64,000 nt of DNA from Sphyrna mokarran. Taxonomy: Eukaryota. This document shows, one piece after another, positions 39,396 through 52,539 of the stretch. Location of the stretch: contig JAGIQG010000006.1 in the NCBI GenBank assembly GCA_024679065.1, positions 8,432,001 through 8,496,000 of the forward strand, given 5' to 3'. A model generated the notes under the pieces. The model made no database searches. It saw nothing but the letters and a program-made list of their open reading frames with translations, and had not been told where the DNA came from. Position 1 is the stretch's first letter. Each line of letters starts with the position of its first letter. The position numbers and the translations under genes were made by a program.

Positions 39396-41514
39396 AACTA
39401 CCATCTCCTCCACTTACATGGAAACAGGCCTGTCAGACCAACTCGTCCATGCCGCCCAGTTTTTACCACTAATTGCCCACGTTTGACCATATCCCTCTAT
39501 ACCCATCTTACTCATGTAACTGTCTAAATGCTTTTTAAAAGAAAAAAAATTGTATCCGTCTCTACTACTACCTCTGGCAACTTGTTCCTGTGTCTGTATG
39601 GGTTTCCTTCAGATGCTCCAGTTTCCTCCCACAGTCCAAATGACGTGTTAGTTAGGTGCATCGGCCACGCTAAATTCTCCCTCAGTGTTCCTGAACTGAC
39701 GCAAGAATGTGGCAACTCGGGGATTTCTGCAGTAACTTCATTGCAGTGTTATTTTAAGCCAACTTGTAATGCTAATAAACAAGTATTGGCTAATTTTACA
39801 AAAATCACAGCAACTTATTTTGATGAGTGAAAACGGTTGTAACTATCACATCTGAAATAAAATAAAACATTATTCTTAGTGAATAATTCTATTAGATGTG
39901 GATGCCCAAACACATATAGGAAAATAAGAAACACTGGCTTACCATTGAAAAATCAACTTCAATATATATAAGTTAATGATGGTATATATTTTAGTAGTTA
40001 AAATAAGGAGGCCACATGATTCTTGGAAAACAGGTGTTGAATGGCATTCGGGAACAAAGATACACAAACTTTGAGAAGTAGGAACAAAGGTCAATAGGGG
40101 CATAAAACAAATTGCACACAGAGTCATTGGGGTCATTTCTAGAGAGACAGGATTGAAAAACAGAGAGGTCAATGAGGACAGAACCTTGGTTAGTCCACAC
40201 TCAGAATTATTGTGTATAATTCTGGTCATTATTTTAATTAAAAAGATAAAGAAACACTGGAAAAAGTACAGAAAGGATTTGCAGGGATGATAGCAGAACT
40301 GAGAGGCTGTTTCCATCAGGAAAGATGGTACAAGCTAGGCTCCTTTCTCAAGTAAATAGGGAAGGAGGAGCCAAATCAAAATCTGTCAGATTTTCTTAAC
40401 ATTCATTCATGGGATATGGACATCGCTGACCGGACAGAATTTATTGTCTATCCTTAGATAACCTTGAGTCGTTGGTTTGGTAGGCCTTTTCAGAGGGCAT
40501 TTTGAAGAGTCAACCACATTGCTGTGTCTCTGGACTCAGATGTAGGCAGATTTCTTCCCTAAAGGACATTAGTGAACCAATGTGTTCTTACAACAACTGT
40601 TTCCTGGGCATCATTAGACTTCTAATTTCAGACTTTTTTAGTTGAATTCAAATTTCACCACCTGCCATAATGGGTCCCCAGATCATGACCCTGGGTATCT
40701 GGATTACTCGTGCAATGGCAAAACCACTCTGGCACTGCCTCACCCACGAAAGGGTTTCACAGAATCTCAGAATCAGAATTACAAAATACTACAGTGCAGA
40801 AGAAGCCCTTCTTCCCATTGAATCTGCACTAACGCATGAAATGCCCTGATCTACCCACCTAATCCCACTTGCCAGCATTTAGCCCATAGCCTTGAAGGTT
40901 ATGATGTGCTATGTATTCATCCAGGTTCTTTTTAAAGGAAATGAGTCATCCCCCCACTACCATCCTCCCAGGCAGCGCATTCCAGACCACCACCACCCTC
41001 TGGATAAAAACGTTTTTCCTCACATCCTCCCTAAACTTCCCACCCTTCATTTTTAACTTGTGTCCCCTCATAACTGATCCTTCAACTAAGGGGAACAGCT
41101 GCTCCCTGCCCACCTGTTCGTGCCCCTCATAATCTTGAACATCTCAATCAGATCACCCCTCAGTCTTCTCTGCTCCAACAAAAACAATCCAAGCCTAGCC
41201 AATATCTCTTCATAACTTAAATGTTATCTGGTAGCATCCTGGTAAATTTCCTCTCCACCTTTGCTCTGTGTTCACGTGTTTCCTATAATGTGGTGACAAA
41301 AACTGCACACAGTACTCCAGCTGTGGCCTCACCAAAGTTCTACACAATGATCTCTCTGTGCTTTTGTAATCTGTACTCTGATTGTCAGAGGGTCATCTGG
41401 ACTCAAAACATCAGCCCTTTTCTCTCCTTCCAGATGTTGCCAGACCTGCAAGGTTATCCAGTATTCTCTTTTGGTTTCAGATTCCAGCATCTGCAGTAAT
41501 TTGCTTTTATGAAT

Positions 41515-42370
41515 TTACCTTGTCAGATCACCCTGTATCTCATGTGCTTTAGCCTTCTTAATAAGTTTCCCATGTGGAACTTTGTCAAAAGTTTTGATAA
41601 AATCCATGTAAACTACATCAATATCCTCATCCACACAACTGGTTACACGCTTAAAAATTTCAATCAAATTTGTTAGGTATGACCTCCCTCTGACAAAACC
41701 ATGCTGACTATTCCTGATCAAACCTTACCTTTCCAAATGGAGGTAGATTCTCTCCTTCAGAATCTTTCCCAGTAGTTTCCCAACCACAGATGTGAGACTC
41801 ACTGGTCTTTAATTTCCTAACTTGTCTCTATAACCTTTAGCTGTTCTCCAGTCCTTTGGCATTTCTCTGGTGAAATAGAAAGAAATCACACAACACCAGT
41901 TTAAAGTCCAACAAATTTATTTGTAGCAAATGCTGCAAGCTTTTGGAACACATTGTTACAAATAAATTTGTTGGACTTTAAGCTGGTGTTGTGAGATTTC
42001 TTTCTGTTTTACCCCAGTCCAACGGCGGTATCTCCACATCATCTCCCCGGTGGCCAGGGAGGAATTAAAAATTTGGGTCAGAGCCTCCGCAATTTCCTCC
42101 CTTGCCTCCCACAACAACCTGGGACACAGTTCATTTGGACCTGGATACTTGTCCACTTTTAAGCCCACCAATACTTCCAATACCTTGTCACTCCCTATGA
42201 TCATTTTCTCTAGAGCCTCACAGTCTCCCTTCCCAAGTTCTATAACTACCTCCTCATTCTCATGGGTGAAGGCAGATGTGAAATATTCACTTAATACCCT
42301 ACCAACGTCCTCTGCCTCCACCCACAGATTTCCCCCTTTATTTCCAATGGGCCTAGGTTATCCTCTTCTC
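41515..42370 (-). mobile_element. CR1 ORF2 fragment
   Basis: SQHGFVRGRSYLTNLIE and KVDKYPGPNELCPRLLWEAREEIAEAL. Confidence 0.85.
41873..42040. mobile_element. fold-back Penelope terminus insert
   Basis: About 55-bp near-perfect inverted arms (41875-41930 / 41955-42008); degenerate TSD atttctctggtg / atctccccggtg. Confidence 0.75.
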
Positions 42371-42602
42371 ATTGATATACAGAGTTGTGACAGTTCCGAG
42401 TCTTTAAGAAATATATTTTAACCGCGTTCCTTTTCAGGATGTTTCAAGCAGACCCTGGAATTTTATTGGTGCTGTGATGTCTGTATCCAGTGTCCTTTAA
42501 TTGTCACTGAAACAATACAATGGATATCACATTTATTTTTAATCTGGGCTAATGCAGTGTCCTGGGGTTTTATGGTCCCTTGGGATTGCTCAGTGGAGAA
42601 TG

Positions 42603-43146
42603 ATTTTGGTGCGGCCGCACTTGGAGTATTGTGTGCAGTTCTGGTCCCCGCATTATAAGAAAGACGTGGAGGCATTGGAGAGGGTACAGAGGAGATTTAC
42701 CAGGATGTTGCCTGGTATGGAGGGCAGGTCTTATGAAGAGAGGCTGAGGGATTTGAGGTTGTTTTTGTTAGAAAGGAGGCGCTAAGAGGAGACCTTATTG
42801 AAACATATAAGATGATTAGTTTAGATAGGGTTGGCAGTGATAGCCTTTTTCCTAGGATGGAGAAAGCTAGCACGGGGACATAGCTTTAAATAAGGGGTGG
42901 TATTATAGGACGGATATCAGAGGTAAGTTCTTTACCCAGAGGGTGGTAAGGGTATGGAATGCCCTGCCTGCGTCAGTTGTAGATGCGCCAAGTTTGGTGG
43001 CGTTTAAGAGGTTAGTAGATAAGTTTATGGACGAAAAGGGAATGGTTTAGGTTAGAGGGTCATTGCTTTTTCCTAATTGGTCGGCGCAACATCGAAGGCC
43101 AAAGGGCCTGTTCTGCGCTGTAATGTTCTATGTTCTATGTTCTATG
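42603..43146 (+). mobile_element. 5'-truncated CR1, same subfamily as 34479-35310
   Basis: [37 protein letters not shown]; tail gttctatgttctatgttctatg. Confidence 0.92.
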
Positions 43147-43251
43147 AATGATTGACAGGTCAGGTGCTGCCTGGGGACAGTCCTTTTCCACAGCAAAGTC
43201 TAAGATTTAGTTTTGGTTTAGTTGTTGTGAAAAACTGCTGGAAGAAAGCAG

Positions 43252-43253
<2 letters not shown>

Positions 43254-43285
<32 letters not shown>
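43254..43285. repeat. (CT)n microsatellite
   Basis: Seen directly. Confidence 0.95.
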
Positions 43286-43288
<3 letters not shown>

Positions 43289-43479
43289 AGAGGCCTTTTG
43301 GTAAGTTCCAGGATTGGGAAGCCTCAGAGATTTAATCCAACATTCAAAGGATCAATTCACAGAAGATGTTAAAAAGCTGCAAAATCCAACATCACGTGAG
43401 CAGATTTGGTTTCTGTGCTAAGTCTGGAAGGGGGTGGATCTTTATATGATGGTGTTTGACTTGGAAAAATATAGATAGC

Positions 43480-44340
43480 TATCTGTTAAGCTCACTGAGT
43501 TGCACAGCTATCTGGACTACAACTCTTCACACCCTGCATCCCTTTCTCTCAGCTCCTTCGCCTCTGTCGCATTTGTTTCCAAAGTGGGACTTCTACTATG
43601 TGCTCCTTTTTCTTCAGCCGCTGATTCCCATCTACAGTTGTCGACAGGGCCTTCAACAGCATGCAGTCCATCTCCCGCGCCATGACCTCACACCCTCCCC
43701 TTCCTTCCAGAACAAGGATAGAGTGACTCTTGTTCCAACATTTCGCCCTGCCAGCCTCAGCATGCAAAGCATAATCCTCTGCCATTTTTGCCAACTCCAG
43801 CATGATGCCACCACCAAACATATCTTCCTTTCACTCCTTCTGTCAGCATTCCACAGAGGGCATTCCCTCCGGAGTAATCTAGTCTAGTCCTCCATTATAC
43901 CCAATACCTCTCCCATCACTCATGGCACCTTCTCATGAAATCACAGAAGGCATAACACCTGTCGCTTTACCTCTCCTTTGCTCACCATCCAAGATCCAAA
44001 ATACTCATTCCAGGTTAATCAGCGTTTCACTTGCATTTCTTTCAATTTGATGTATTACATTCACTGCTCCCAATGTGGTCTCTTCTATATCGGAGAGACC
44101 AAACATACACTGGGTGATTGCTTTGCTGCGCACCTTCAGTCTGTGCACAAACAGGACCCTGATCTTCCAGTTGCTTCCCATTTTAACACACCATGCTGCT
44201 CCCATGCCCACATGTCTGTGCTTGGCCTGCTACAATGTTCCAGTAAAGCTCAATGCAAACTGGAGGAAGAGCATCTCATCTTCCAGGTAGGCAAATTACA
44301 GCCTTCCAGTCTCAACATCGAATTCAACAACTTCAGATGA
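43480..44340 (+). mobile_element. Penelope-like element (second family), C-terminal/GIY-YIG fragment
   Basis: DRVTLVPTFRP; FTCISFNLMYYIHCSQCGLFYIGETKHTLGDCFAAHL..PVASHFN. Confidence 0.88.
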
Positions 44341-44645
44341 TTTGCTCTACCCCATCTTGGCCCCTTTGTTTTCATTCTATTTTATTTAATTTTTTACTGT
44401 TCTTTATCTCTTATTTCTTTATTGTCTTTCATTTTTCCCCCCCATCTCCCTTCCCTTATCTTTTCTCCCCCCGCAACCCTTTTTCTACATTCTACTTCTA
44501 TTCTATCTCCCCTCCCCCTTCCCAACATACAGTCCTGTTGCCCCTGCAAAGTCCTCCTCACTAACATGGGGGGCTAGTGCCAAAACTGTGACAGCTGTCT
44601 CACAGACTAGTGCAACAACAGCCTGACATATTCTCACAGAATCAT

Positions 44646-46670
44646 ACATAGAACATAGAACATTACAGCGCAGTACAGGCCCTTCGGCCCTCGATGTTGC
44701 GCCAGCCAGTGGACCCTCTAACCTAAACTATTCCAATATCATCCATATGCCTATCCACCGAACATTTGAATGCCCCCAAAGTAGGCGAGTCCACAACTGC
44801 TGCAGGCAGGGCATTCCACGCCCTCACCACCCTCTGTGTAAAGAACCTGCCTCTGACATCCGTCCTATAACTACCACCTCTTAATTTAAAGTTATGTCCC
44901 CTCGTGTTGGTCATCACCATCCGAGGAAAAAGGCTCTCACTATCCACCCTATCCAATCCCTTGATCATCTTATACGCCTCAATTAGGTCACCGCGTAACC
45001 TTCTTCTCTCTAATGAAAATAACCTCAGGTCCCTCAGCCTTTCCTCATAAGGCCTTCCCACCATACCAGGCAACATCCTGGTAAACCTCCTCTGCACCCT
45101 TTCCAATGCTTCCACATCTTTCTTATAATGCAGCGACCAGAACTGTACGCAATACTCCAAGTGCGGCCGCACCAGAGTTTTGTACAGTTGTAACATAACC
45201 TCACGGCTCCTAAATTCAATCCCTCTACCAATGAAAGCTAACACACCGTACGCCTTCTTAACAACTTTATCAACCTGGGTGCCAACTTTCAAAGAGCTAT
45301 GTACTTGTATCCTAAGATCCCTCTGCTCGACAACACTATTAAGAGTCCTTCCATTAGCCCTATATTTCATATGCCTGTTATTCCTACCAAAGTGAATCAC
45401 CTCACACTTATCCGTATTGAATTCCATTTGCCACCTCACGGCCCAGCTCTGCAACCTATCTATGTCCCTCTGCAAACTGTAACATCCATCCTCGCTGTCT
45501 ACAACTCCCCCCACTTTGGTATCATCAGCAAATTTACTAATCCAACCCTCTACACCCTCATCTAGGTCATTTATAAAAATGACAAACAGCAGTGGCCCTA
45601 AAACAGATCCTTGAGGTACACCACTTGTAACTGCACTCCAGGTTGAATATTTCCCATCAACCACCACCCTCTGTCTTCTATCAGCTAGCCAATTCCTAAT
45701 CCAAACTGCTAAATCACCTTCAATCCCATGCATCTGCACTTTCTGCAGTAGCCTACCATGGGGAACCTTATCAAACGCTTTGCTAAAATCCATATACACT
45801 ACATCAACTGCCTTACCCTTATCTACCTCTTTGGTCACCTCCTCAAAAAACTCAATAAGGTTTGTGAGGCACGACCTACCCTTCACAAAACCGTGCTGAC
45901 TATCCCTAATCAATTTATTTCTCTCTAGATGCTTATAAATCCTATCCCTTATAATTCTTTCCAAGACCTTGCCCACAACAGAAGTCAGGCTCACTGGTCT
46001 ATAATTTCCAGGATGGTCCCTACTCCCCTTTTTTGAACAAAGGGACAACATTTGCCATCCTCCAGTCTTCCGGCACTATACCTGTAGCCAACGACGACAT
46101 GAAGATCAAAGCCAAAGGCTCTGCAATCTCCTCTCTAGCCTCCCAGAGAATCCTAGGGTAAATCCCATCTGGCCCAGGGGACTTATCAATTTTCATACCC
46201 TCAAGATTCGCTAACACCTCCTCCTTATGAACCTCAATCCTACCCAGTCTACAACCTGGTATCGCAGTATTCTCCCCGACAACATTGTCTTTCTCCTGCG
46301 TGAATACTGACGAAAAATACTCATTCAGTGTCTCTCCTATATCCTCAGGCTCCACGCACAACTTCCCACTGCTATCTCTGACTGGCCCTAATCTTGCCCT
46401 AACCAATCTTTTATTATTTATACACCTGTAAAAAGCTTTAGGATTCTCCTTAATCCTATCCGCCAAAGTCATCTCGTGTCCTCTTCTAGCTCTTCTCAAC
46501 TCCCTCTTTAGCTCCTTCCTGGCTAATTTATAGCTCTCCAGTGCCCTAACTGAGTCTTCACGTCTCATCATTATATAAGCCTCCTTCTTCCTCTTCACCA
46601 GAGATTCAACTTCCCTAGTACACCATGGTTCCCTCACTCGACCACTTCCTCCCTGCCTGGCAGGTACATA
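44646..46670 (-). mobile_element. 5'-truncated young CR1 (HER1-like) LINE with near-intact ORF2 RT
   Basis: ORFs 46020-46700 and 44723-46051 are joined by one frameshift at a homopolymer. Motifs NYRPVSLTS, QHGF, DFSKAFDKVPH, GVPQGSVLGP, SKFADDTK; (TTCTATG)n tail. Confidence 0.95.
44723..46051 (-). CDS. CR1 ORF2 reverse transcriptase (transposon-encoded, truncated)
   Basis: 442-aa uninterrupted ORF carrying the non-LTR RT motifs. Confidence 0.85.
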   Translation of the reverse strand: MLSLCSKKGSRDHPGNYRPVSLTSVVGKVLERIIRDRIYKHLERNKLIRDSQHGFVKGRSCLTNLIEFFEEVTKEVDKGKAVDVVYMDFSKAFDKVPHGRLLQKVQMHGIEGDLAVWIRNWLADRRQRVVVDGKYSTWSAVTSGVPQGSVLGPLLFVIFINDLDEGVEGWISKFADDTKVGGVVDSEDGCYSLQRDIDRLQSWAVRWQMEFNTDKCEVIHFGRNNRHMKYRANGRTLNSVVEQRDLRIQVHSSLKVGTQVDKVVKKAYGVLAFIGRGIEFRSREVMLQLYKTLVRPHLEYCVQFWSLHYKKDVEALERVQRRFTRMLPGMVGRPYEERLRDLRLFSLERRRLRGDLIEAYKMIKGLDRVDSESLFPRMVMTNTRGHNFKLRGGSYRTDVRGRFFTQRVVRAWNALPAAVVDSPTLGAFKCSVDRHMDDIGIV

Positions 46671-46689
46671 TTCATGTTTCATATTCATA

Positions 46690-49410
46690 CACATATTCAA
46701 ACCTCACAGATAACATCCCAGAAACCCCCATTACTACCCCTGGATATGTCCTGTCCCACCGGCAGGACAGGTCCAGCAGGAGTGGTGGTCTAGTGGAATA
46801 CAGTCGGTAGGGAGTGGCCCTGGGAGTCCTTAACATCAGCTTCAGACCCCATGGAGTCTCATGTTTTCAAGTTAAACATGGGCAAGGAAATGTCTTACTG
46901 GTTACCACATTAGCACTGGTTACCTCCTTCAGCTAATACAGGAATCAGTTTTCCTCCATGTTGAACTATACTTGGTAGAAGCACTGAAGGTGCAAGGGCA
47001 CAAAATGTACTCTGGGTGGGGGGTGATTTCACTGTCCATCACCAAGAGTGGCTCAGCAGCAGCATTACTGTTTGAGCTGTTTGGTCCTAAAGGAGATAAC
47101 TGCTAGATTGGATCTGCAGAAGGTGGTGAAGGAACCAACAAGAGAAAATAACATACTTAACCTCATCCTTACCAATCTGCCAGTTACAGATACATCCGTC
47201 CAAAACAATAACAATAAGAGTGACCACCACACAGTCCTTGGAGAGGCAAATCTCGCTTTCACATTGAGAATAACCTCCATCGTGTTGCATGGCATTGTCA
47301 CTGTGCTAAATGGGATAGACTTTGAACCAATCTAGCAATTCAAGACTGGAAATCCATGAGGTGCTGTGGGCCATCAAAGACACTGGAGCTGTACTGCAGC
47401 ACAATCTGCAACCTCATGGCCTGGCATATTCCCCACTCATCCATTACCATCAACCTTTTAATGGAGAGTGCAGGAGGGCATGCCAGGAGCAGCACCAGGC
47501 ATAACTAGAAATGAGGTGTCAACCTGGTGAAGCTACAACACAGGATGATTTGCATGTCAAACAGCATTAGCAGCAAGTGATAGACAGAGCTAAGCAATCC
47601 CACAACCAACCAATCAGATCTAAGATCTGCTGTCCTTCCACATCCAGTGGAGATGGTGATGGACAATTAAACAATTCACTGGAGGAGGAGGCTCTACAAA
47701 TATCCCCAGCCTTAATGATGGAGGAACCCAGCACATCAGTGCAACAAATGAAGTATTCCCAGCAATCTTCAGCCAGAAGTGCTGAGTGAATGATCCATCT
47801 CAGCCTCCTCCAGTGGTCCCCAGCATCTCGGATGTCCATCTCCAGTTGATTCGATTCACTCCACTTGAAATCAAGAAACGGTTGGAGGCACTGGATACTG
47901 CAAAGGGCCCTGATAACATTCTGGCAATGGTACTGAAGACTTGTGCTCCAGAACTTTTCACTCCCCTAGCCAAGCTCCTCCAGTACAGTTACAGTACTGG
48001 CATCTACCCAACAATGTGGAAAATTGCCCAGGTATGTCCTGTACACAAAAAGTAGAAATCCAACCTGGCCAATTACCACCCAATCAGTCTACTGTCGATC
48101 ATCAGTAAAGTGATGGAAGGGGTCATCGACAGTGCTATCAAGCAGCACCTGCTCAGCAATAACCTGCTCAGTGAGGCCCAGTTTGAGTTTCCCCAGGGTC
48201 ACTCAGCTCCTGACCTCATTACAGCCTTGGTTCAAACATGGACAATAGCGATGAATTCCAGAGTGAGGTGAGACTGACAGCCCTTGACATCAAAGTCACA
48301 TTCAATCGAGTGTGGCATCAAGAGCCTTAGTGAAACCAGAATCAATGGGTTTCAAGGGGAAAACTCCCCACTGGTTGGAGTCATACCTGTTACATAGGAA
48401 ATGGTTGTGGAGGGTCAGTCATCTCAGCTCCAGAACATCTCTGCAGGAGTCTCTCAGGGAAGTGTCCTAGGCTGAACATCTTCAGCTGCTTCATCAATGA
48501 TCTTCCATCAGTCATAAGCTCAGAAGTGGGGATGTTCATTGATAATTGCACTATTCAGCACAATTCACAACTCCTCAGACACTGAGTCAGTCCATGTTCA
48601 AATGAATAAGATCTGGACAATATCCAGCCTTGAGCTGACAAGTAGCACGTAACATTCACGCCACACAAATGCCAGACAATGACCATTGCCAATAAGAAAC
48701 ACTCTAACCACTGCCCCTTGACATTCAATGATGTAATCATCACTGAATCCCCCATTTTCAATATCCTTGGGGTTAACATTGACCAGAAATTCAACTGGAC
48801 TCACTACGTAAACATAACGGCTACAAGAGCAGTTAGAAGCTAAGAATAATATGGTGAGCAGCTCAACTCTTGACTCCCAAAACCTCTCCACCATCTACAA
48901 GGTACAAATCAGGAATTTGATGGAATACTCCCCACTTACCAGGATGGGTGAAGCCCAACACCACTGAAGAGGCCCAACACCATCCAGGATAAAGCAGCCC
49001 CCCTTGATTGGCAGTACATTTACAAACATCTATTGCCTCCATCACCAACGCTCAGTAGCATCAGTGTGTACTATCTACAAGATTCACCAAAGATCCTTAG
49101 ACAGCACCTCCCAAAGCCACGACCACTTCCATCTCGAAGGACAAGAGCAGCAGATACATGGGAATACGACTACCTGCAGATTTCTCTCTAAACCACTTAC
49201 CTTCCTGACTTGGAAATATACCACTGTTCCTTCACAGTGCTGGATCAAAATCCTGGAATTCTCTCCCTAACAGCGTTGTGGGTCAACCCACTGAACGTGG
49301 ACTACAGTGATTCAAGAAGGCAGCCCGCCACTACCTTCTCAAGGGCAGCTGGGATGGGCAACAAATGCTGGCCAGCCAGTGATGCCCATGTCCCATGAAT
49401 GAATAAAAAA
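46690..49410 (+). mobile_element. degenerate LINE (second CR1-group family), endonuclease through RT to 3' tail
   Basis: Fragments EPTRENNILNLILTN, KGPDNILAMVLKTCAPEL..PTMWKIAQVCPVHKK, FSCFINDL; tail gatgcccatgtcccatgaatgaataaaaaa. Confidence 0.88.
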
Positions 49411-49737
49411 CATTCATGTGCTAGTGAGGTTGAATGGCCTGTTACTGTGATCTACATTCTATGCAGCATAACTTGCTGGTATGGTTTTAAAATCTCTGTA
49501 CCAGTGTTTCTGAGCAGTTCTGAATCTCTTCAGATCTTTAGTTCCAGCTCTTCACACTTGAAAATGTTAAGAGCATTAAAAGCTGACAGTGGGAGGAGGA
49601 TCATCATTTCACGCTGATTTTTTCTGCCCTCGAGCCAGAAGCTGGCAAGCTGCACGCAGCAGTCATAGCTAACTTACAGGAAGGACCGAGAGTTGTCATC
49701 CTCTACAATACTCAGACTTCCCGATTGGGAAAGAGTT

Positions 49738-49962
49738 TATTTTAGTTTATTAGTGTCACAAGTAGGTTTACATTAACACTGCAATGAAAATCCCCTAATC
49801 GCCACACTTGGGCACCTGTTTGGGTACACCGAGAGAGAGTCTAGCATGCCAATGCATCTAACCAGTACATCTTTCGGATGTGGGGAGAAACCGGAGCACC
49901 TGGAGGAAACCCACACAGACATGGGGAGGATGTGCAGACTCCACACAGGCAGTGACCCAAGC
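49738..49962 (-). mobile_element. V-SINE-like SINE lacking head
   Basis: V-domain plus tail cattgcagtgttaatgtaaacctacttgtgacactaataaac. Confidence 0.8.
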
Positions 49963-51689
49963 ATTTGCTGTATTGTGCTTTTTGACGTATTACGTTTAGG
50001 TAGTTTCCCTGTCTTTCTAACCTAGGCGTCTATTAATGAAGCTGAGAAATTGTGAGTTGTTTTAAGAGTCTTGTCAAGTGTGCTGCAGCGTTAAATGATG
50101 AGTGTAAGTATACCCCTAGGGTCTCTCTCTTCCTGCACCTCCTTTACTATTGGCTCATTCTGTTCATGATGTCTCTCCTCGCTCTTTATCCCACATTATA
50201 TCGCTGCAGTGGTCTCTGTGTTAAATTCCATGCAACATATGTCGGCTGTTTCACCAGCCTATCTACATCCTCCTGTCGTCTGTCACCATCCACTTCTCTG
50301 CTATATTTTGGAGCTTGTTGTCGCCTGCAAACGTTGCAATAACACTTTGTGTACCTAAGTTCAGGTTATTAGTATGGGTGGAATTCTCCAGACCTTCCTG
50401 TGGCAGGGTCTTCCAATCCTGCCAAAGTCACCCCCACCCATGACAGTGGCATGGGCGATACATTTGGCGCTTTAAATGACAGGCTGTGGACCTCAAAGGT
50501 TCAAACACACGGAAAACTTTCTCGAAAGGATGTTAACACTATGTACTGCATAGGCAGACCACTCATTTACCTGTGCAACTGACCAATATCACAGGATTGG
50601 TCTCAATGTCCCTGTTCCACAGCAAAGCTACTACTGAGAAAACACTGGAAATAGCACTGGATACTTTCCTAGCCCTTTAAATCAGAGATTCCTGACACCA
50701 GTAACAGTATAACAATGTCACAATGAGCAATATGAACAATTAATAAACAACAGTCAGTAGGTCAGACATGTCGGAGACTGTCATTCTGTGTAGTTGCTGG
50801 TGAACATCAGCCTTCTATAGTGTTTACTGCAACCCAGGTGTCTTTAGTTTGAATATTATCCCCTGTTGTCTTAACCGGAGTCGACCCAGTGTTCTGAGGT
50901 TGACTCAGTGTCCTCAGTGAGGTACTGTCTTCCCCAGTTGGTTTGAATGGGGTTGGTTCTCAGGAAATTCCAGCACAACTCTTCGCACAACTTGATGTGG
51001 ATTGTCTGTCGGTTCTGTCTGTGGCAGATTGATTCTTGTTGGTAAAACTTGATCCACATGCCTTCTCCATATACATTGTCTCATCTTTGCATGGTGTAGG
51101 AGATCAGTCCTGGCCATGCTAAGATGATGTCCACTTTTCACTTGTGATATAACTCCTTGCTAGAACTTCATGACATTGACCGAAAAACATCTTGAGGGTG
51201 ATCTTACTAGCCAGTCGTTGAATGGCGTGAGCCGGTAAGATCACACAAGAAGCAAGAATAGGGTTCACACCCATTTTCTCACCTGTCTCAATTGTACAAG
51301 TGCAGATTTCTGGCGAGATCAACCTCGTACCTGGGAAGCGTATCTGGGGGGAGAAGTGGCTGACAACTGTTCTGTGCATGTACAATTGCGCCCTGTGATA
51401 TGAGCAACTGGATTTCCAAGAGTTTAGGCCCAGCTCCCTTCCCCTACTGGTGGGAATCAGATTATGCATCTTTTTTTGTACTTAGCACCATTACATTTTG
51501 CCTTGTTCTATCACCATATAACCTAATCTCCGTGCCTCTTCTTGACAACTTCTCTTATTGTGGGGGCTTTAAGCAAATCAAATACTGTACATAGTTTTTG
51601 TGTAATAATGAACAACACTGATAGAAAGTTGTGTTGTTGAATGTGGGGTATTTATGTACACCAGTAGGAATTGGCTCAGTAATTTAGAC

Positions 51690-52107
51690 ATTATGTGGAG
51701 ATGCTGGTGTTGGGCTAAGATGGGCACAATAAGAAGTCTCACAACACCAAATTAAAATCCAACCGGTTTATTTGGGATCACGAGCTTTCAGAGTGCTGCT
51801 CCTTCACTAGGTGAGTAGAGAAGTAGTTATACACACACGGCAATATATCAGCAAAAACACAATTGCAAGTTAATTGCAGATTGGATGTGAAGGATGGTTG
51901 GAATGTGAATCTTTATAGGTAATCAAGTCTTTATAGGAACAGACAGTGTGAGTGGAGAGAGAGATAATCACAGCTTAAAGAGGTGTGACTTGTCTCAAGC
52001 CACGATAGTCAGTAGAATTTTGCAAACCCAGACAGTATGGTGGGGGTATCTGTACTGGGACATGAAGCAAAGATTCCAGTTGAGACTGTCCTCATGTGCG
52101 CAGAACT
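51690..52107 (-). mobile_element. Penelope-like 3' end/pLTR
   Basis: Homologous to 17430-17814 on the opposite strand. Confidence 0.8.
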
Positions 52108-52539
52108 TCAGACATTAAACATTGCTGTCAAGTTATCTTCATTGAGTGTTTGACCATCTGTGCAAAGTGTTCTGTCAGACCATTTTTTAAAATCCATTTT
52201 ACAGGATGTGAGCATTGCTGACTAGACCAGCATTTATTGCCCATCCCTAGCTGCGCTCGAGAAGGCGGTGGTGAGCTTTAATTGTGGTCAGACGAGAAAG
52301 AGTGAATCAGATGTATTGAATTCCAGGCTCTTTTACATAGTTTGTGAGTTCTTGCAAAATGAACCATGGCCCATTATTGTTCACATGTTGTGTAGGGTAA
52401 CCAAATTCTTCCAGAAATCTCACCCAGTCTATTGTTCTCTCCAAGAATGTTATCTTCATGACTTCAGGCCATTTCAATTGCACTTTGATCATAGTGAGAA
52501 ATATCCACTCTTCAAATGGTTTGGCATAACCTATGTCAA

